Below are positions 29,106-38,914 of a DNA stretch of 55,788 nt, piece by piece (position 1 is the stretch's first letter; each line of letters opens with the position of its first letter). Under the pieces are notes generated by a model. It was not told the origin of the DNA. It searched no databases and saw only the letters and a program-made list of their open reading frames with translations. Source of the DNA: Fidelibacterota bacterium (GTDB taxonomy: Bacteria > Fidelibacterota > UBA2242); assembly GCA_011046365.1 (NCBI GenBank), contig DSAS01000024.1:1-55788 (forward strand). The letters are read 5' to 3'. The translations under genes were made by a program, and so were the position numbers.

Positions 29106-31073
29106 TTATAACTCCTGTTGAATGTGCATTTCAGTCTGCATATTGCGTAATCTTTTCCTGACAATGTCGGTCATAAAGGAATTTGGATGTTCCTGTAACA
29201 AACGATGGTACCAATGGGCGGCATATTCCCGATCACCGTCCCGATAATCGGCGATTTCTGCCATCATGAACAGGGCATCATCGGCAAATTGATTTTCTTC
29301 CTTGAGAATCTGATTAAGCACTGTTGCAGCTCTTTCCCGGTTGCGGAAAAAGAGCTCGATCTGCAATAACCGATATTGCGCCGGCAACGCGACATTCGTA
29401 TTCTCTGCATTCTCGGTCAGGTATATCAAAATCTCCCGGGCTTCGGACAATTTACTCTGGCGAATCAGCCGTTCGCTGTTCAGGAATTCCCGCCCAAGTC
29501 GGCGGTCGTCATCACTACGGCTGTTTAAAAATTGTTCGCTAAAATTACGAAATTCCAGGGCGTCGTTAAACAGCGGATCGGCGACCCCTACCATGCCCAT
29601 CAACTCGTTTGCATAGACTAAAGCAGAATCCACTTCACCGCGATAAAACCAGGACAGAATGTGCCGTAACATCAGGGCTTTTTCAACGTCCGTACCCTGG
29701 AATTTTGACCGGCTCAGACGGATATATTCCACCGCCTTCTCCAGGTCTCCCCGGGCAATCATCAGATCAGCCCGGCGAACAATACAGCGGGACCGGATAT
29801 CCGCATCCCCGCCGGCTTTCAGCGCGTCGTCATAGAGCCGGGCAGCGCCGTCAATATCATGCAGAACCCGATAACGCAATTCAGCCAGCCGATAAAGCGC
29901 TCTGGCGGTATATGCTGATTTCGGCAGGGTGACAAGCACCGAATCGTAGATCGAAAAGGCTTTCCTGATATAAAAATCATCGGCGTCAATGCCGTAAACA
30001 TATTCCGGTACAAAAAAGAAATTGTCACGGTAAAAATAGTCAAAGGGTGAATAGGACTGCTCCGCCAGCATTTCCCGTTCAAAAGCGTCCGCCAGCCCCA
30101 GCAGTGCCTGAGGCACGACGTTCCGGAATTCCGGCTCCCGGATAATGGTCGTATACAGCTGCTCCGCCAGGGTAAATTCACCGACATTCAGCAAATCGCC
30201 CGCTAAATCCAGTACCGCATCACCCCGATTGTTGCCCAGTGCTTCAACCATTAAAATCTGCTCAACGGCGGCTGTGTAATTTTTATATCGGAACAGCAAA
30301 TCAGCCCGAAGCCGGTATAGCTCTTTGACCTCCGGTGATGACTCGATTTCCTGCCGAATCAGCGAATCAATCCGGACAAACAAACTGCTGTCCGCCGGAA
30401 AGCGCAGAATCTGGTCGCTTACATACTGGTAATTGCGCGGTTGCTGTCTGCCGTAGTTCAGGTATTCACAGGCACTCCTGACATATTCACCACGTGCCCT
30501 GAAAAAATTTGCCAGCTCTACGGCAAAAAGGGTCTCTTTTTGGTAATAATCCCGCGCCGTTTGAATGACCTTCTCAGCCCGATCGTAGTCCTGCAGCATT
30601 AACAGACCGTTAAATAGCTGGCGGGTGTAATTCTGGGAATAATTCGACTCCTTCCAGCGTCGCTGCCAATGCTGTTCCGCCTTGAGTGTATCGCCTTGCA
30701 GAAAATAGAGCTTGCCCAGGTCAATCTGGGCACCTTCGTCGCGCGGCTGATGGGCTAAATAGGCAGTTATCACCCGCTCCAGTTCGGAATAATCCTTTTG
30801 CCTGAAAAGCAGATAACTGTAGCGCGCATAATAATTTCCGTTTTGCGGCTCCTGTTCGAACAGCTCCCGGTAGAGACCGATAGCCCGGTCAATTACTCCC
30901 TGGCGTTCATACTGAAGTGCCAATCTGTATTTCGAATCCCGTTCCCGCTTCAGAATTTCCGGGGATTTCCAGCTGCTTTGCGCTAAACTCGTAATCTGTC
31001 CCAGCAGCAGGATTGCAGTAATTATGATAATTATCCGACCGGAGCGTCGTTTGTTACTATTCATTGGTTTCAC
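29106..31073 (-). CDS. Exported tetratricopeptide repeat protein
   Basis: Signal/TM segment, repeated helical TPR-like units, C-terminal ADDALFMMAEI...YHRLLQEHPNS. Confidence 0.82.
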   Translation of the reverse strand: MKPMNSNKRRSGRIIIIITAILLLGQITSLAQSSWKSPEILKRERDSKYRLALQYERQGVIDRAIGLYRELFEQEPQNGNYYARYSYLLFRQKDYSELERVITAYLAHQPRDEGAQIDLGKLYFLQGDTLKAEQHWQRRWKESNYSQNYTRQLFNGLLMLQDYDRAEKVIQTARDYYQKETLFAVELANFFRARGEYVRSACEYLNYGRQQPRNYQYVSDQILRFPADSSLFVRIDSLIRQEIESSPEVKELYRLRADLLFRYKNYTAAVEQILMVEALGNNRGDAVLDLAGDLLNVGEFTLAEQLYTTIIREPEFRNVVPQALLGLADAFEREMLAEQSYSPFDYFYRDNFFFVPEYVYGIDADDFYIRKAFSIYDSVLVTLPKSAYTARALYRLAELRYRVLHDIDGAARLYDDALKAGGDADIRSRCIVRRADLMIARGDLEKAVEYIRLSRSKFQGTDVEKALMLRHILSWFYRGEVDSALVYANELMGMVGVADPLFNDALEFRNFSEQFLNSRSDDDRRLGREFLNSERLIRQSKLSEAREILIYLTENAENTNVALPAQYRLLQIELFFRNRERAATVLNQILKEENQFADDALFMMAEIADYRDGDREYAAHWYHRLLQEHPNSFMTDIVRKRLRNMQTEMHIQQEL

Positions 31074-34000
31074 TCGATATTAATTCAAAATATTTCCGGA
31101 TCAACTCCTCATACTCCCGGGTATAGCCCTCTTTCATAGCCTGCTCCAGATTTTGTCTGAGAACAGTCTGCCGCTCCCCCAGATCGGCGGGCAATTGCCC
31201 CGGCGATTCCCGATAAATATCTTCTCCGGTGATACTCTTGCGTTCTTTTTTAAAATCCTGAGTTCGCAATGATTTCTGGGCATCCAGCAGACGGGACAGA
31301 ATCCGCTGCTGGCGTTCAAGGGTTTTGCGGAGCACCCGGTTCTGCTGCAAATCTTTGATCACCTCATCCATATCTTTGGCAACGCCACCCAGATCACCAG
31401 TTTGCTCCGAACTTTCGCTGATCTCATTTTGCAGCTCTTCCAGAGACTTGCGCAGTTGCTGCTGGCGGGCAGCCAACCGTTGCAGCGCCTGTCGGCGCCC
31501 TTCGCCGCCACTCATACCCAACAGCTGGGTTTCATCATTAATTCCCTGCTGCTGTCCAGCCATATTCTCCAGTTGCTTCAGATACTGTTCAAAGCCCGAT
31601 GCCGAGCCGCTTTGCTGGAGTTCGTTCATGGAGTTGATCAGGTTCAGTGCGGCACTGTTCAGAGCGGCTACCGAACTGTTTGCGGCGCTGGCGGCGGCGT
31701 GAGTATTACGCTCTTCCATCTGCCGGATCGCTTCATTCATTCCGGCAGCCGCCTGCCCGAATCCTTTACCGGCTTTGGAAGACAGACCAAAAGTCTTATT
31801 GGATAATTCAATCAGATCATTGATAACCGACGACAGATTTTGCCGGATTTGCTGTTGCCGGACTGCCACATCCATCAATTGCTCGCTCTGGCGCGGCGTA
31901 TTTCTTATCATCTGGCTGATTTTTTCCTGGCTTTGGGACACTTGCATGGTTTTATAAATCACCTCCCGAAAACCACTCATCAGCTCTTCCATCTGTCCGG
32001 AGTTGAAATCGGTCTGAAACTGGCGCATTTTTTCCAGGTATTCCTGCAGCCGCTGCTGCGCCGTTTGCGAATGTTTGCCCGCCCGGTTTTTTTCACTGTT
32101 CTGCAGCGCTTTGCGGGTCTGATTCATTTGACTTTTAACGTCGGAATTTTCAAAATCCTGTTTATGCGCCGCCAGCTCGCGGGACGGCATCAGCGGAAAA
32201 TCCTGCATATTCTGGCTGGTTCGCTCCATCACATCCAGCAGAACATCCGTATCGCGCTCAACCGTTTTCTCCTCCTGCGCCAGCTGACCCATTTTGGCTT
32301 TTTCGGTTTCAGCGGTGCGTTCAATTTCCTGGCTGATATTATCCTGGCGATTCACCAAATCCTCCAGACGACGGACAATCTCATCCACCGCCTGCTCGAT
32401 TTTCACCCGCTCCAGCAGTTGCAGCATCCGATCAATCTCTTCTGAAAATTGCTCGCGGTTCGTGCGAAACTGATTCAAGGCGTCCTGTATCTCTTTGCGA
32501 TCCATTTTTTCCAGGGCTTGCTGGAGTTTTTCCATCGCCGCCCGCAGTTCAGGTGTCATAATATCCTGAAAAGACTGTTGCAGCTTGGCATACTTTTCCA
32601 GGGTCTCCTCATCAAACAGATTGTTTTCCCGGCTTTCTTCAATCATTTGATCCAGCTGCTCAGATATTTGGGACAGCTTTTCTGCGGCTTTTTCAGTACG
32701 TTGGATTTCCGTTGTCAGCTGCTTTTTTTGCTCCCAGTTAAGATCAGGATTCTTTAAAAGTTCCCAGGATATTTGTTCGAGAACCTGCTCGGCGTTCTGC
32801 AGTTCCCGCAGCAGTTCTTCGCTCTGCTCCACGACATTGTCTTGCTGCTCGTAGAACCCGCTGAAGAGGTCATTCAACGAAGGAAAACGTGCCCGGAGTG
32901 TTCGGGAAGTGGCAGATTTGGGTCCGTTGATGGGGTCATTATCGTAAGCGATCACTTGAAACTCGATCAGGTCTTCCGGCGACAATTGCATATTTTTTAC
33001 CGACCAGGTGTAATACAACTCCTGGAGCGTCAGTCTCCGGTTTTTAAGTGGAAATTCAAGCGAATCCGACTGCGTCTGATCGGGTGCATATTTTTTTATC
33101 AAGCGGTATCGAATCAACACTTTTGAAAAGCCGTAATCATCACCGATCCGGATACCCAGCGGAATCTCCATTGCCTCATTCAACTCAAGGTCCGCATCCG
33201 GTGATATCAGCTGGCAGATGGGATAGGAATCCGGAATAATTCTAATCGAGTAATTCAATGGATCCAGATTCCGAACTCCATTTTGATCAAATATCAATAT
33301 CTTAAACTCATCGGTATTGGTAACAGTCAGATTGCCGGTGGCGGAATTATCGGCTACTCTCAGTTTCAGCTGATTTCCCGATTTCAGTTCCAGCCGGGCG
33401 CTCTGCAGCGGTTTGCTGGCAATCGCCGCGAGCCCCAACCTGGTTCCCGGCAAAACCATCAGTTCCAAATTGTTGGATTCCTGAATTTCCGTCGGCAAGC
33501 CGGTGTATTCCGGCGGATCAATCTGGATCTTAACCGCCAGTAATGTCGGTCGGTCTGTGACCCGAATTGTGTCGCAGCCGCTGCTGATTCGCTGCCAGGG
33601 TCTGAAAATCGAGCGATTTTCCACAAAGGCTTCATAAAAAACCGTATTGCGAACAGCGCCCAGATGCAGCCTGATCCTGCCGGAATCGTCGGGAGTGATT
33701 TTCGTTTCAGTAACATAATCCTGATAATTCTCACGAAATGTGATCTGTTCGGGATACCTGCCTGTGCATTGAAAAACAACCACTGTCGTATCACCCCCGA
33801 ATACCTCCAAGGAGCCGGTCAGAGATTGAATTTCAAAGGGTAGTGGAATTTCAAAAGACTGGCGGGGCTGCAGCAGACGCCGAAGGGATTGCTGATAATA
33901 GTCTGAATTGAATCCCCCAATAGCGGCGAGGATTACCAGTACAACACCGCATTGAATCAGCGATTTTCGCAACTTCTTCCGGGGGATGATCTCTGTAAAG

Positions 34001-34446
34001 TTATAATTCCCAATGTCCCCAGCCACTGTTTGTACCGAATAATCCGCCAACTCCAGCGAAAAGCCCGAATCCCGTTGCTGGCTCATTTCATAGAGCTGTA
34101 AACCGTTCAGCAGGCGGTCACCTAAACCAGGAAAATGATTACCCAGCATCCGGGCGAGTTTCAGATTAGAAAATGACGCCATCTGGTTGGTCCGGACCAG
34201 GAGTGCCAGGATAATTGGTATTAGAAAAAAAATAATCAGAAAACCGCTGGAAAACCGCAAAATACTCAGTCGTACCGGTGAATCAAAATAGCGAAAGCCT
34301 TCAACCGTGGCAATGATGAATCCAAGTCCTACTACCAGCATCAGCGCCCGTACGAAGCCATTTAAAAGAATAAAACCACTCCACCTCCTGCGCAGAGCAT
34401 CCAGTCTGGCTTCGATAATCTTAATATTTTGACCGGAATAATTCAT
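31057..34446 (-). CDS. DUF4175-like membrane-anchored protein (TM helices, Ig-like region, long Q/E-rich helical tail)
   Basis: Three N-terminal hydrophobic segments, DRLLNGLQL, PPEYTG, DDYG, AYDNDPINGPK, QQRILSRLL and C-terminal YEELIRKYF. Confidence 0.78.
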   Translation of the reverse strand: MNYSGQNIKIIEARLDALRRRWSGFILLNGFVRALMLVVGLGFIIATVEGFRYFDSPVRLSILRFSSGFLIIFFLIPIILALLVRTNQMASFSNLKLARMLGNHFPGLGDRLLNGLQLYEMSQQRDSGFSLELADYSVQTVAGDIGNYNFTEIIPRKKLRKSLIQCGVVLVILAAIGGFNSDYYQQSLRRLLQPRQSFEIPLPFEIQSLTGSLEVFGGDTTVVVFQCTGRYPEQITFRENYQDYVTETKITPDDSGRIRLHLGAVRNTVFYEAFVENRSIFRPWQRISSGCDTIRVTDRPTLLAVKIQIDPPEYTGLPTEIQESNNLELMVLPGTRLGLAAIASKPLQSARLELKSGNQLKLRVADNSATGNLTVTNTDEFKILIFDQNGVRNLDPLNYSIRIIPDSYPICQLISPDADLELNEAMEIPLGIRIGDDYGFSKVLIRYRLIKKYAPDQTQSDSLEFPLKNRRLTLQELYYTWSVKNMQLSPEDLIEFQVIAYDNDPINGPKSATSRTLRARFPSLNDLFSGFYEQQDNVVEQSEELLRELQNAEQVLEQISWELLKNPDLNWEQKKQLTTEIQRTEKAAEKLSQISEQLDQMIEESRENNLFDEETLEKYAKLQQSFQDIMTPELRAAMEKLQQALEKMDRKEIQDALNQFRTNREQFSEEIDRMLQLLERVKIEQAVDEIVRRLEDLVNRQDNISQEIERTAETEKAKMGQLAQEEKTVERDTDVLLDVMERTSQNMQDFPLMPSRELAAHKQDFENSDVKSQMNQTRKALQNSEKNRAGKHSQTAQQRLQEYLEKMRQFQTDFNSGQMEELMSGFREVIYKTMQVSQSQEKISQMIRNTPRQSEQLMDVAVRQQQIRQNLSSVINDLIELSNKTFGLSSKAGKGFGQAAAGMNEAIRQMEERNTHAAASAANSSVAALNSAALNLINSMNELQQSGSASGFEQYLKQLENMAGQQQGINDETQLLGMSGGEGRRQALQRLAARQQQLRKSLEELQNEISESSEQTGDLGGVAKDMDEVIKDLQQNRVLRKTLERQQRILSRLLDAQKSLRTQDFKKERKSITGEDIYRESPGQLPADLGERQTVLRQNLEQAMKEGYTREYEELIRKYFELISSETNE

Positions 34447-35135
34447 TGAGTCAGAGAATAGATGATGATGTTGGCACCCATTTGTAGGGCTTTTTCATGC
34501 TTTTCAGGAGGATCATTATGGACTTCGGGATCCTCCCAGCCGTCGCCTAAATCGCTCTCATAGCTGTAAAATACGACCAGCCGGTTGTTATGAAAAATGC
34601 CGAATCCCTGAGCCGGCTTATTGTCATGTTCGTGTATCTTTGGCAATCCCGAGGGAAAATCGTAGAAGCAATGATAAATAGCATGATCAAAAGGCAGCTC
34701 CACCAGATCGTTATCGGGAAAGATACGTTTCATCTCTCGCTGAAAAGATTTGTCCATGCCGTAATTATCGTCAGCATGCATAAACCCACCGGCATTAAAA
34801 TATTGGCGCAGCCGTAAAATCTCCTCATCGGAAAAGCGAATATTGCCGTGCCCGGTCATATACAGATAAGGGTAAGAAAAAAATTCCTTGTCCATGACGG
34901 AGACGCGATACTCCTTCAGATCGGTCACAACCGGTGTATTCTGGGCGACAAATTCCAGCAGATTGGGCAGCGAACTCGGATCGCAGTACCAGTCGCCGCC
35001 GCCGTCATATTTGAGACGAGCAATAAAAAATTTCCCCAACCGGCTGTCGGCTCCGGCAAGATTGCCGGTCATCATTACACCGAATGAAAGAGTAATGATT
35101 AACAGGTGAAGCGCGTTGATTCGTTTGGCATACAT
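34443..35135 (-). CDS. DUF4159 domain protein
   Basis: LKYDGGGDWY, YPYLYMTGHG, GGFMHADDNYG, PKIHEHD, DLGDGWED, ALQMGAN. Start placed at ATG 35135 before the signal-like segment. ATGA overlap with the next gene. Confidence 0.9.
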   Translation of the reverse strand: MYAKRINALHLLIITLSFGVMMTGNLAGADSRLGKFFIARLKYDGGGDWYCDPSSLPNLLEFVAQNTPVVTDLKEYRVSVMDKEFFSYPYLYMTGHGNIRFSDEEILRLRQYFNAGGFMHADDNYGMDKSFQREMKRIFPDNDLVELPFDHAIYHCFYDFPSGLPKIHEHDNKPAQGFGIFHNNRLVVFYSYESDLGDGWEDPEVHNDPPEKHEKALQMGANIIIYSLTQ

Positions 35136-35271
35136 GGTCTTTATACAAGTAATGAAATTGTTTGTTTCATGGTCGAAATTTAAAGAAAGGCGCAGCAGCC
35201 GGGAGCTAATATACACAATTTCAGTGTAATTTTTGCTTACTTTTCACCTCGTAACTATTTATTTTTAAGCA

Positions 35272-37002
35272 ATGAGATTCCGGCATCTAATATTATGGCT
35301 GATCGTGACGTTTACAGGACGGCTGTACGCCCAGAATTTCGTCTATAAAATCGCCGACTTCTTCCAAAATCCCATCGAATATCGTAAACCCTTCGGCGTG
35401 ACACCATTCGAAATCAAAGCCGGCGGTCACCTGCTGGGTGCCGCTGCGATCCGATTCGATTCCACCGAAACAGCCCTGGAGGGCTTTGATCAACTCCTCA
35501 ACCGCTACATCCACAACCTCGAAGTGGATTTGGTAAAATATAACCTGCTCGGTTTGCTGATTCCCCAAAATTTTATGGATTTTCAAACCGGGCTGGGATT
35601 CAAATACAAATCATCGCTCATCAACCAGGGGCTACCGGAAGCCTGGCTGCAGTATGCGCCCGGAACCAAGGAACAACTCTACTTCGCACCCCGCCTGATT
35701 GAGGCAAACATCAATCAGTCGCTGGCTTTTCAATGGTCAAAACACTTTTATAATTACGTTCAGTTTAATATTGGGCGGGCTTATACGTCGGTTTACCGGA
35801 CGCGCCCCGGAGACCGCTTCCTGACCCAGGACGGCTGGACCTTTTCGGTGACCACAGGTCTGAAATTTTTGTCCAACATTAATTTCAACTTCAAGGAAGC
35901 TTACGGCATCGAACTTCAGTATCAGATTGCCCGTTTCGACGATTTGAGCGATCGTCACAATCTTAGCCCGATTAAAAATGTAGATTTCAGCAGCTTCGGT
36001 ATCTCGCTGACCTTCAGCATGATCAACGGCGGGAATCCTACTCAGGGCGATGTCGCCAAAGCGCTGTTCAGACAGAGCGATTATATTGCCGCGAAAGCCA
36101 ACTTCAGGGATTTTATCAAAAATGAACCTGCGCATCCCCGCCTCTTCAAAGCCCACCAAATGATAGATAAATGCGACGAACTGGTGGTCTATCAGTATGC
36201 CGAACTGGCTGATCATTTCATCGAGGCAAAAAACTTCTCAAAAGCGTCACAATACCTGGAAATGGCTGGTAAATCAAGTGATTCGACACTGCTGAACAGA
36301 ATTGACAGCAGTTATCAGCAAATCGTCAGCTGGTGGCAAGAAACATTGGATTCACTAATCCTCTCCAGTTCTATTAACCGGGCAGAGAAATTTTTAAAAG
36401 AGACCGAGCGTCTCAAACTTCCCCAAACTGAAGATTTAAAAAAACTCTACCTGAGTGAAATCTACCTATATCGCGGTGTGGTCTTCACCGACTATCAAAT
36501 CTGGGATAAAGCCCTCTACTTCTTCGATCTGTCGGTTCAGCACAATCCTGCAATCCGGGAGCGGATTGAACCCTACCTCTCAAAAATTGCCTATGGCTAT
36601 ATTCAGGACGCCAATCTGTCAGTGGATCATAAAAACGTCGAACTGGCGCTGGAATCATTGCGACAGGCGACCGAAATTCGCCCTGAAATTCTCTTTCTGA
36701 CCCGTGAACATATCGAGACTCTCGAACAGGGCATCCAATATCTCAAGGAGCAGGCGGCGATTGAAAAATTGCGTAACGCCGTTGAGGAAGTCCGGAGTAT
36801 TCCGGTGCAGAGCGGTTTCTCCCCGCAAATAGGAATGACCTGCGAACAGATTCAAGCGGAATTGGGGCGACCGTCATATAAAAAATCGCTCAACACAGCC
36901 GGCAATCAAGCCTACGAATTGTGGATTTACCAAACCGAAGATGCAAAAGAAATATTCTTCTATTTTAAAAACAGCGTCCTTTCAAAAATTGAAAAACTTT
37001 GA
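35272..37002 (+). CDS. Exported hypothetical protein: beta-rich N-terminal half, TPR-like middle, BamE/SmpA-like C-terminal domain
   Basis: Signal peptide; alternating beta patterns (YGIELQYQ, FGISLTF); helical repeats; IGMT.EQIQAELGRP...ELWIY...FYFKN. Confidence 0.65.
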   Translation: MRFRHLILWLIVTFTGRLYAQNFVYKIADFFQNPIEYRKPFGVTPFEIKAGGHLLGAAAIRFDSTETALEGFDQLLNRYIHNLEVDLVKYNLLGLLIPQNFMDFQTGLGFKYKSSLINQGLPEAWLQYAPGTKEQLYFAPRLIEANINQSLAFQWSKHFYNYVQFNIGRAYTSVYRTRPGDRFLTQDGWTFSVTTGLKFLSNINFNFKEAYGIELQYQIARFDDLSDRHNLSPIKNVDFSSFGISLTFSMINGGNPTQGDVAKALFRQSDYIAAKANFRDFIKNEPAHPRLFKAHQMIDKCDELVVYQYAELADHFIEAKNFSKASQYLEMAGKSSDSTLLNRIDSSYQQIVSWWQETLDSLILSSSINRAEKFLKETERLKLPQTEDLKKLYLSEIYLYRGVVFTDYQIWDKALYFFDLSVQHNPAIRERIEPYLSKIAYGYIQDANLSVDHKNVELALESLRQATEIRPEILFLTREHIETLEQGIQYLKEQAAIEKLRNAVEEVRSIPVQSGFSPQIGMTCEQIQAELGRPSYKKSLNTAGNQAYELWIYQTEDAKEIFFYFKNSVLSKIEKL

Positions 37003-37027
37003 AATCCTTATGTAATGGAATCTCCTG

Positions 37028-37474
37028 ATGAAAATTTTTTATACTGACGGTGCCTGTTCCGGAAATCCCGGACCCGGCGGTTGGGCGGTGATTCTCATTG
37101 AAAATGACCAACCGGTACGGAAATGGGGCGGCTTTCAGAAGGACACGACCAACAACCGGATGGAGCTGACCGCTGTTATCGAGGCTTTAAAATATTTACA
37201 GCCCGGCGAATCCGCCACGATATATACCGACAGTGAATACGTCCGCAAGGGAATCACCGAATGGATGTTGAACTGGAAACAAAAAAACTGGAAAACTGCC
37301 TCGAAAAAACCGGTGAAAAACCGAGATTTTTGGGAATTACTGGATTCGCTGAATCATGCCAAAATAACTTGGCGGTATATCGCCGGTCATTCGGGTGACA
37401 AGTACAATGAGATGTGCGATCGGCTGGCGCGGCAATTTATCCGCTCCCGCCAGGCATGGGCAGTGATGGATTGA
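37028..37474 (+). CDS. rnhA: Ribonuclease HI
   Basis: YTDGACSGNPGPGGW, TTNNRMEL, TDSEYV, VKNRD.W, GHSG...NEMCD. Confidence 0.97.
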   Translation: MKIFYTDGACSGNPGPGGWAVILIENDQPVRKWGGFQKDTTNNRMELTAVIEALKYLQPGESATIYTDSEYVRKGITEWMLNWKQKNWKTASKKPVKNRDFWELLDSLNHAKITWRYIAGHSGDKYNEMCDRLARQFIRSRQAWAVMD

Positions 37475-37618
37475 CATTATGGAAAGCCCCGGATTGCCGG
37501 TCAAGAGCAAAACCTTTGATTTATCTAAAATCACAAAACGGATGTCAATAGTCAAACCCGACAACCATCACTATTCGCGGTCATCTAAACTGTATGAATT
37601 CACAAAAAGGAAACCGAC

Positions 37619-38857
37619 ATGAAGATAATAAAACCGCAAGGATTGATCGGAATTCTTGCACTCCTGTTCACATTGAATTCGCTGACGATTGCTTACCCGC
37701 CGGAAGATGATTTCCGAATAGTGGTGTCCTGGTCAACTTTCGGCTCCGAGCTGGAAGCCGCACTGGTGGAACCCGATCCGGAGAGTGGTGTGGGCTACGT
37801 CCTCAGCGGCAGCATTCCCGGCGAAACGCCCGGCGGCTCGGCAACCACTAGCGGCGATGTCACCGATGACCCTGAAACCGGCAAGGAGACGTTTACTATA
37901 AAGCGCTTTAAGTCAGGAACTTACCAAATTTGGGTAAAGAACAAGTTTATCGAAGAGGGCTTTGGTGAGACAGAGCTTTTCGGCACCGCTGAAGATGTTT
38001 TTGCAAACTCAAATGCCCGGGTCGAATTTTACGAAAACAACCAAAAGGTCAAATCCATCAGCATCCAGCCTGATGCGCTGGGATTGGTCTGGCTGGCGGC
38101 TGAGATTGACGGCAGCAGCCGAACCGTAACCGCAGTAAACAAAACCTACCCCCGCCTGCGTGCCATTTATGGCAGGGTAATTGATGCGGTCAACGGCGAA
38201 GCTCTCGAAAACTCCTTAATCATCGTTAAAAACAGAGACACCAAGGAGACGGTGGGACGCGCCATCAGCGACGTCAAAGGTAATTTTATAGTGCCGGTTG
38301 ATCACGGTCGCTTTACCGTTTATATTGGAAAAAAGCAGTATATCTCCGACCGTTTCAACGCCGATGTCTTCCTGGACTTCCCCCGCACTGTACACGCTGT
38401 ACTGACCAAAATAATTCCACCGCAGGATTACCGGATTGTCCTGACGTGGGGACGGTACCCGGTGGACGTTGACGCCCATCTGCGGGGTCCTCACCCCGGT
38501 CATGAGGATTTTCATATCTACTGGAATCGCCGCACAATGATCAAAGGGAAAAAATTTCTTGACCGCGACGACACATCCTCCTTCGGTCCTGAGACCATTA
38601 CCATCTATGGACTCGATCCCGGCGTCTACCGCTACACAGTTCACAATTACAGCGGACGCAATAAGACCGACGGTGACAATCTTTCCAGAGGCAATGTCAC
38701 CGTTAAAATCTACAATGGTGACCAATTGCTGAAAGAGTACCGCATGCCGCCTGGTACACCCGGCAACTACTGGAAGGTTTTCGAAATTGACGGAGAAACC
38801 GGTCAGATCAGCGATATCAACCAAACCGGCTTTGAAAGCGATCCGGAAAAGCTCTGA
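37619..38857 (+). CDS. Exported protein with two YfaP/DUF2135-like repeats flanking a carboxypeptidase-regulatory-like domain
   Basis: Repeat 1: FRIVVSW...GDVTDD..GKETFTI...GTYQIWVKN. Repeat 2: YRIVLTW...DVDAHL...DRDDTSSFGPETITI...GVYRYTVHNY. Middle domain: IYGRVIDAVNGEAL...SDVKGNF. Confidence 0.7.
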   Translation: MKIIKPQGLIGILALLFTLNSLTIAYPPEDDFRIVVSWSTFGSELEAALVEPDPESGVGYVLSGSIPGETPGGSATTSGDVTDDPETGKETFTIKRFKSGTYQIWVKNKFIEEGFGETELFGTAEDVFANSNARVEFYENNQKVKSISIQPDALGLVWLAAEIDGSSRTVTAVNKTYPRLRAIYGRVIDAVNGEALENSLIIVKNRDTKETVGRAISDVKGNFIVPVDHGRFTVYIGKKQYISDRFNADVFLDFPRTVHAVLTKIIPPQDYRIVLTWGRYPVDVDAHLRGPHPGHEDFHIYWNRRTMIKGKKFLDRDDTSSFGPETITIYGLDPGVYRYTVHNYSGRNKTDGDNLSRGNVTVKIYNGDQLLKEYRMPPGTPGNYWKVFEIDGETGQISDINQTGFESDPEKL

Positions 38858-38914
38858 TATCTGTTAATATTGATTATCCTCGAAGTGCATTACACCGGAT
38901 ATTGTAGTAAAAAT

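Noticed and set aside
31057-32900. CAG/CTG-rich stretch as a tandem repeat or array
   Set aside because: It reflects the Gln/Leu/Glu-rich coiled-coil coding sequence; there are no fixed-period nucleotide repeats or spacers.
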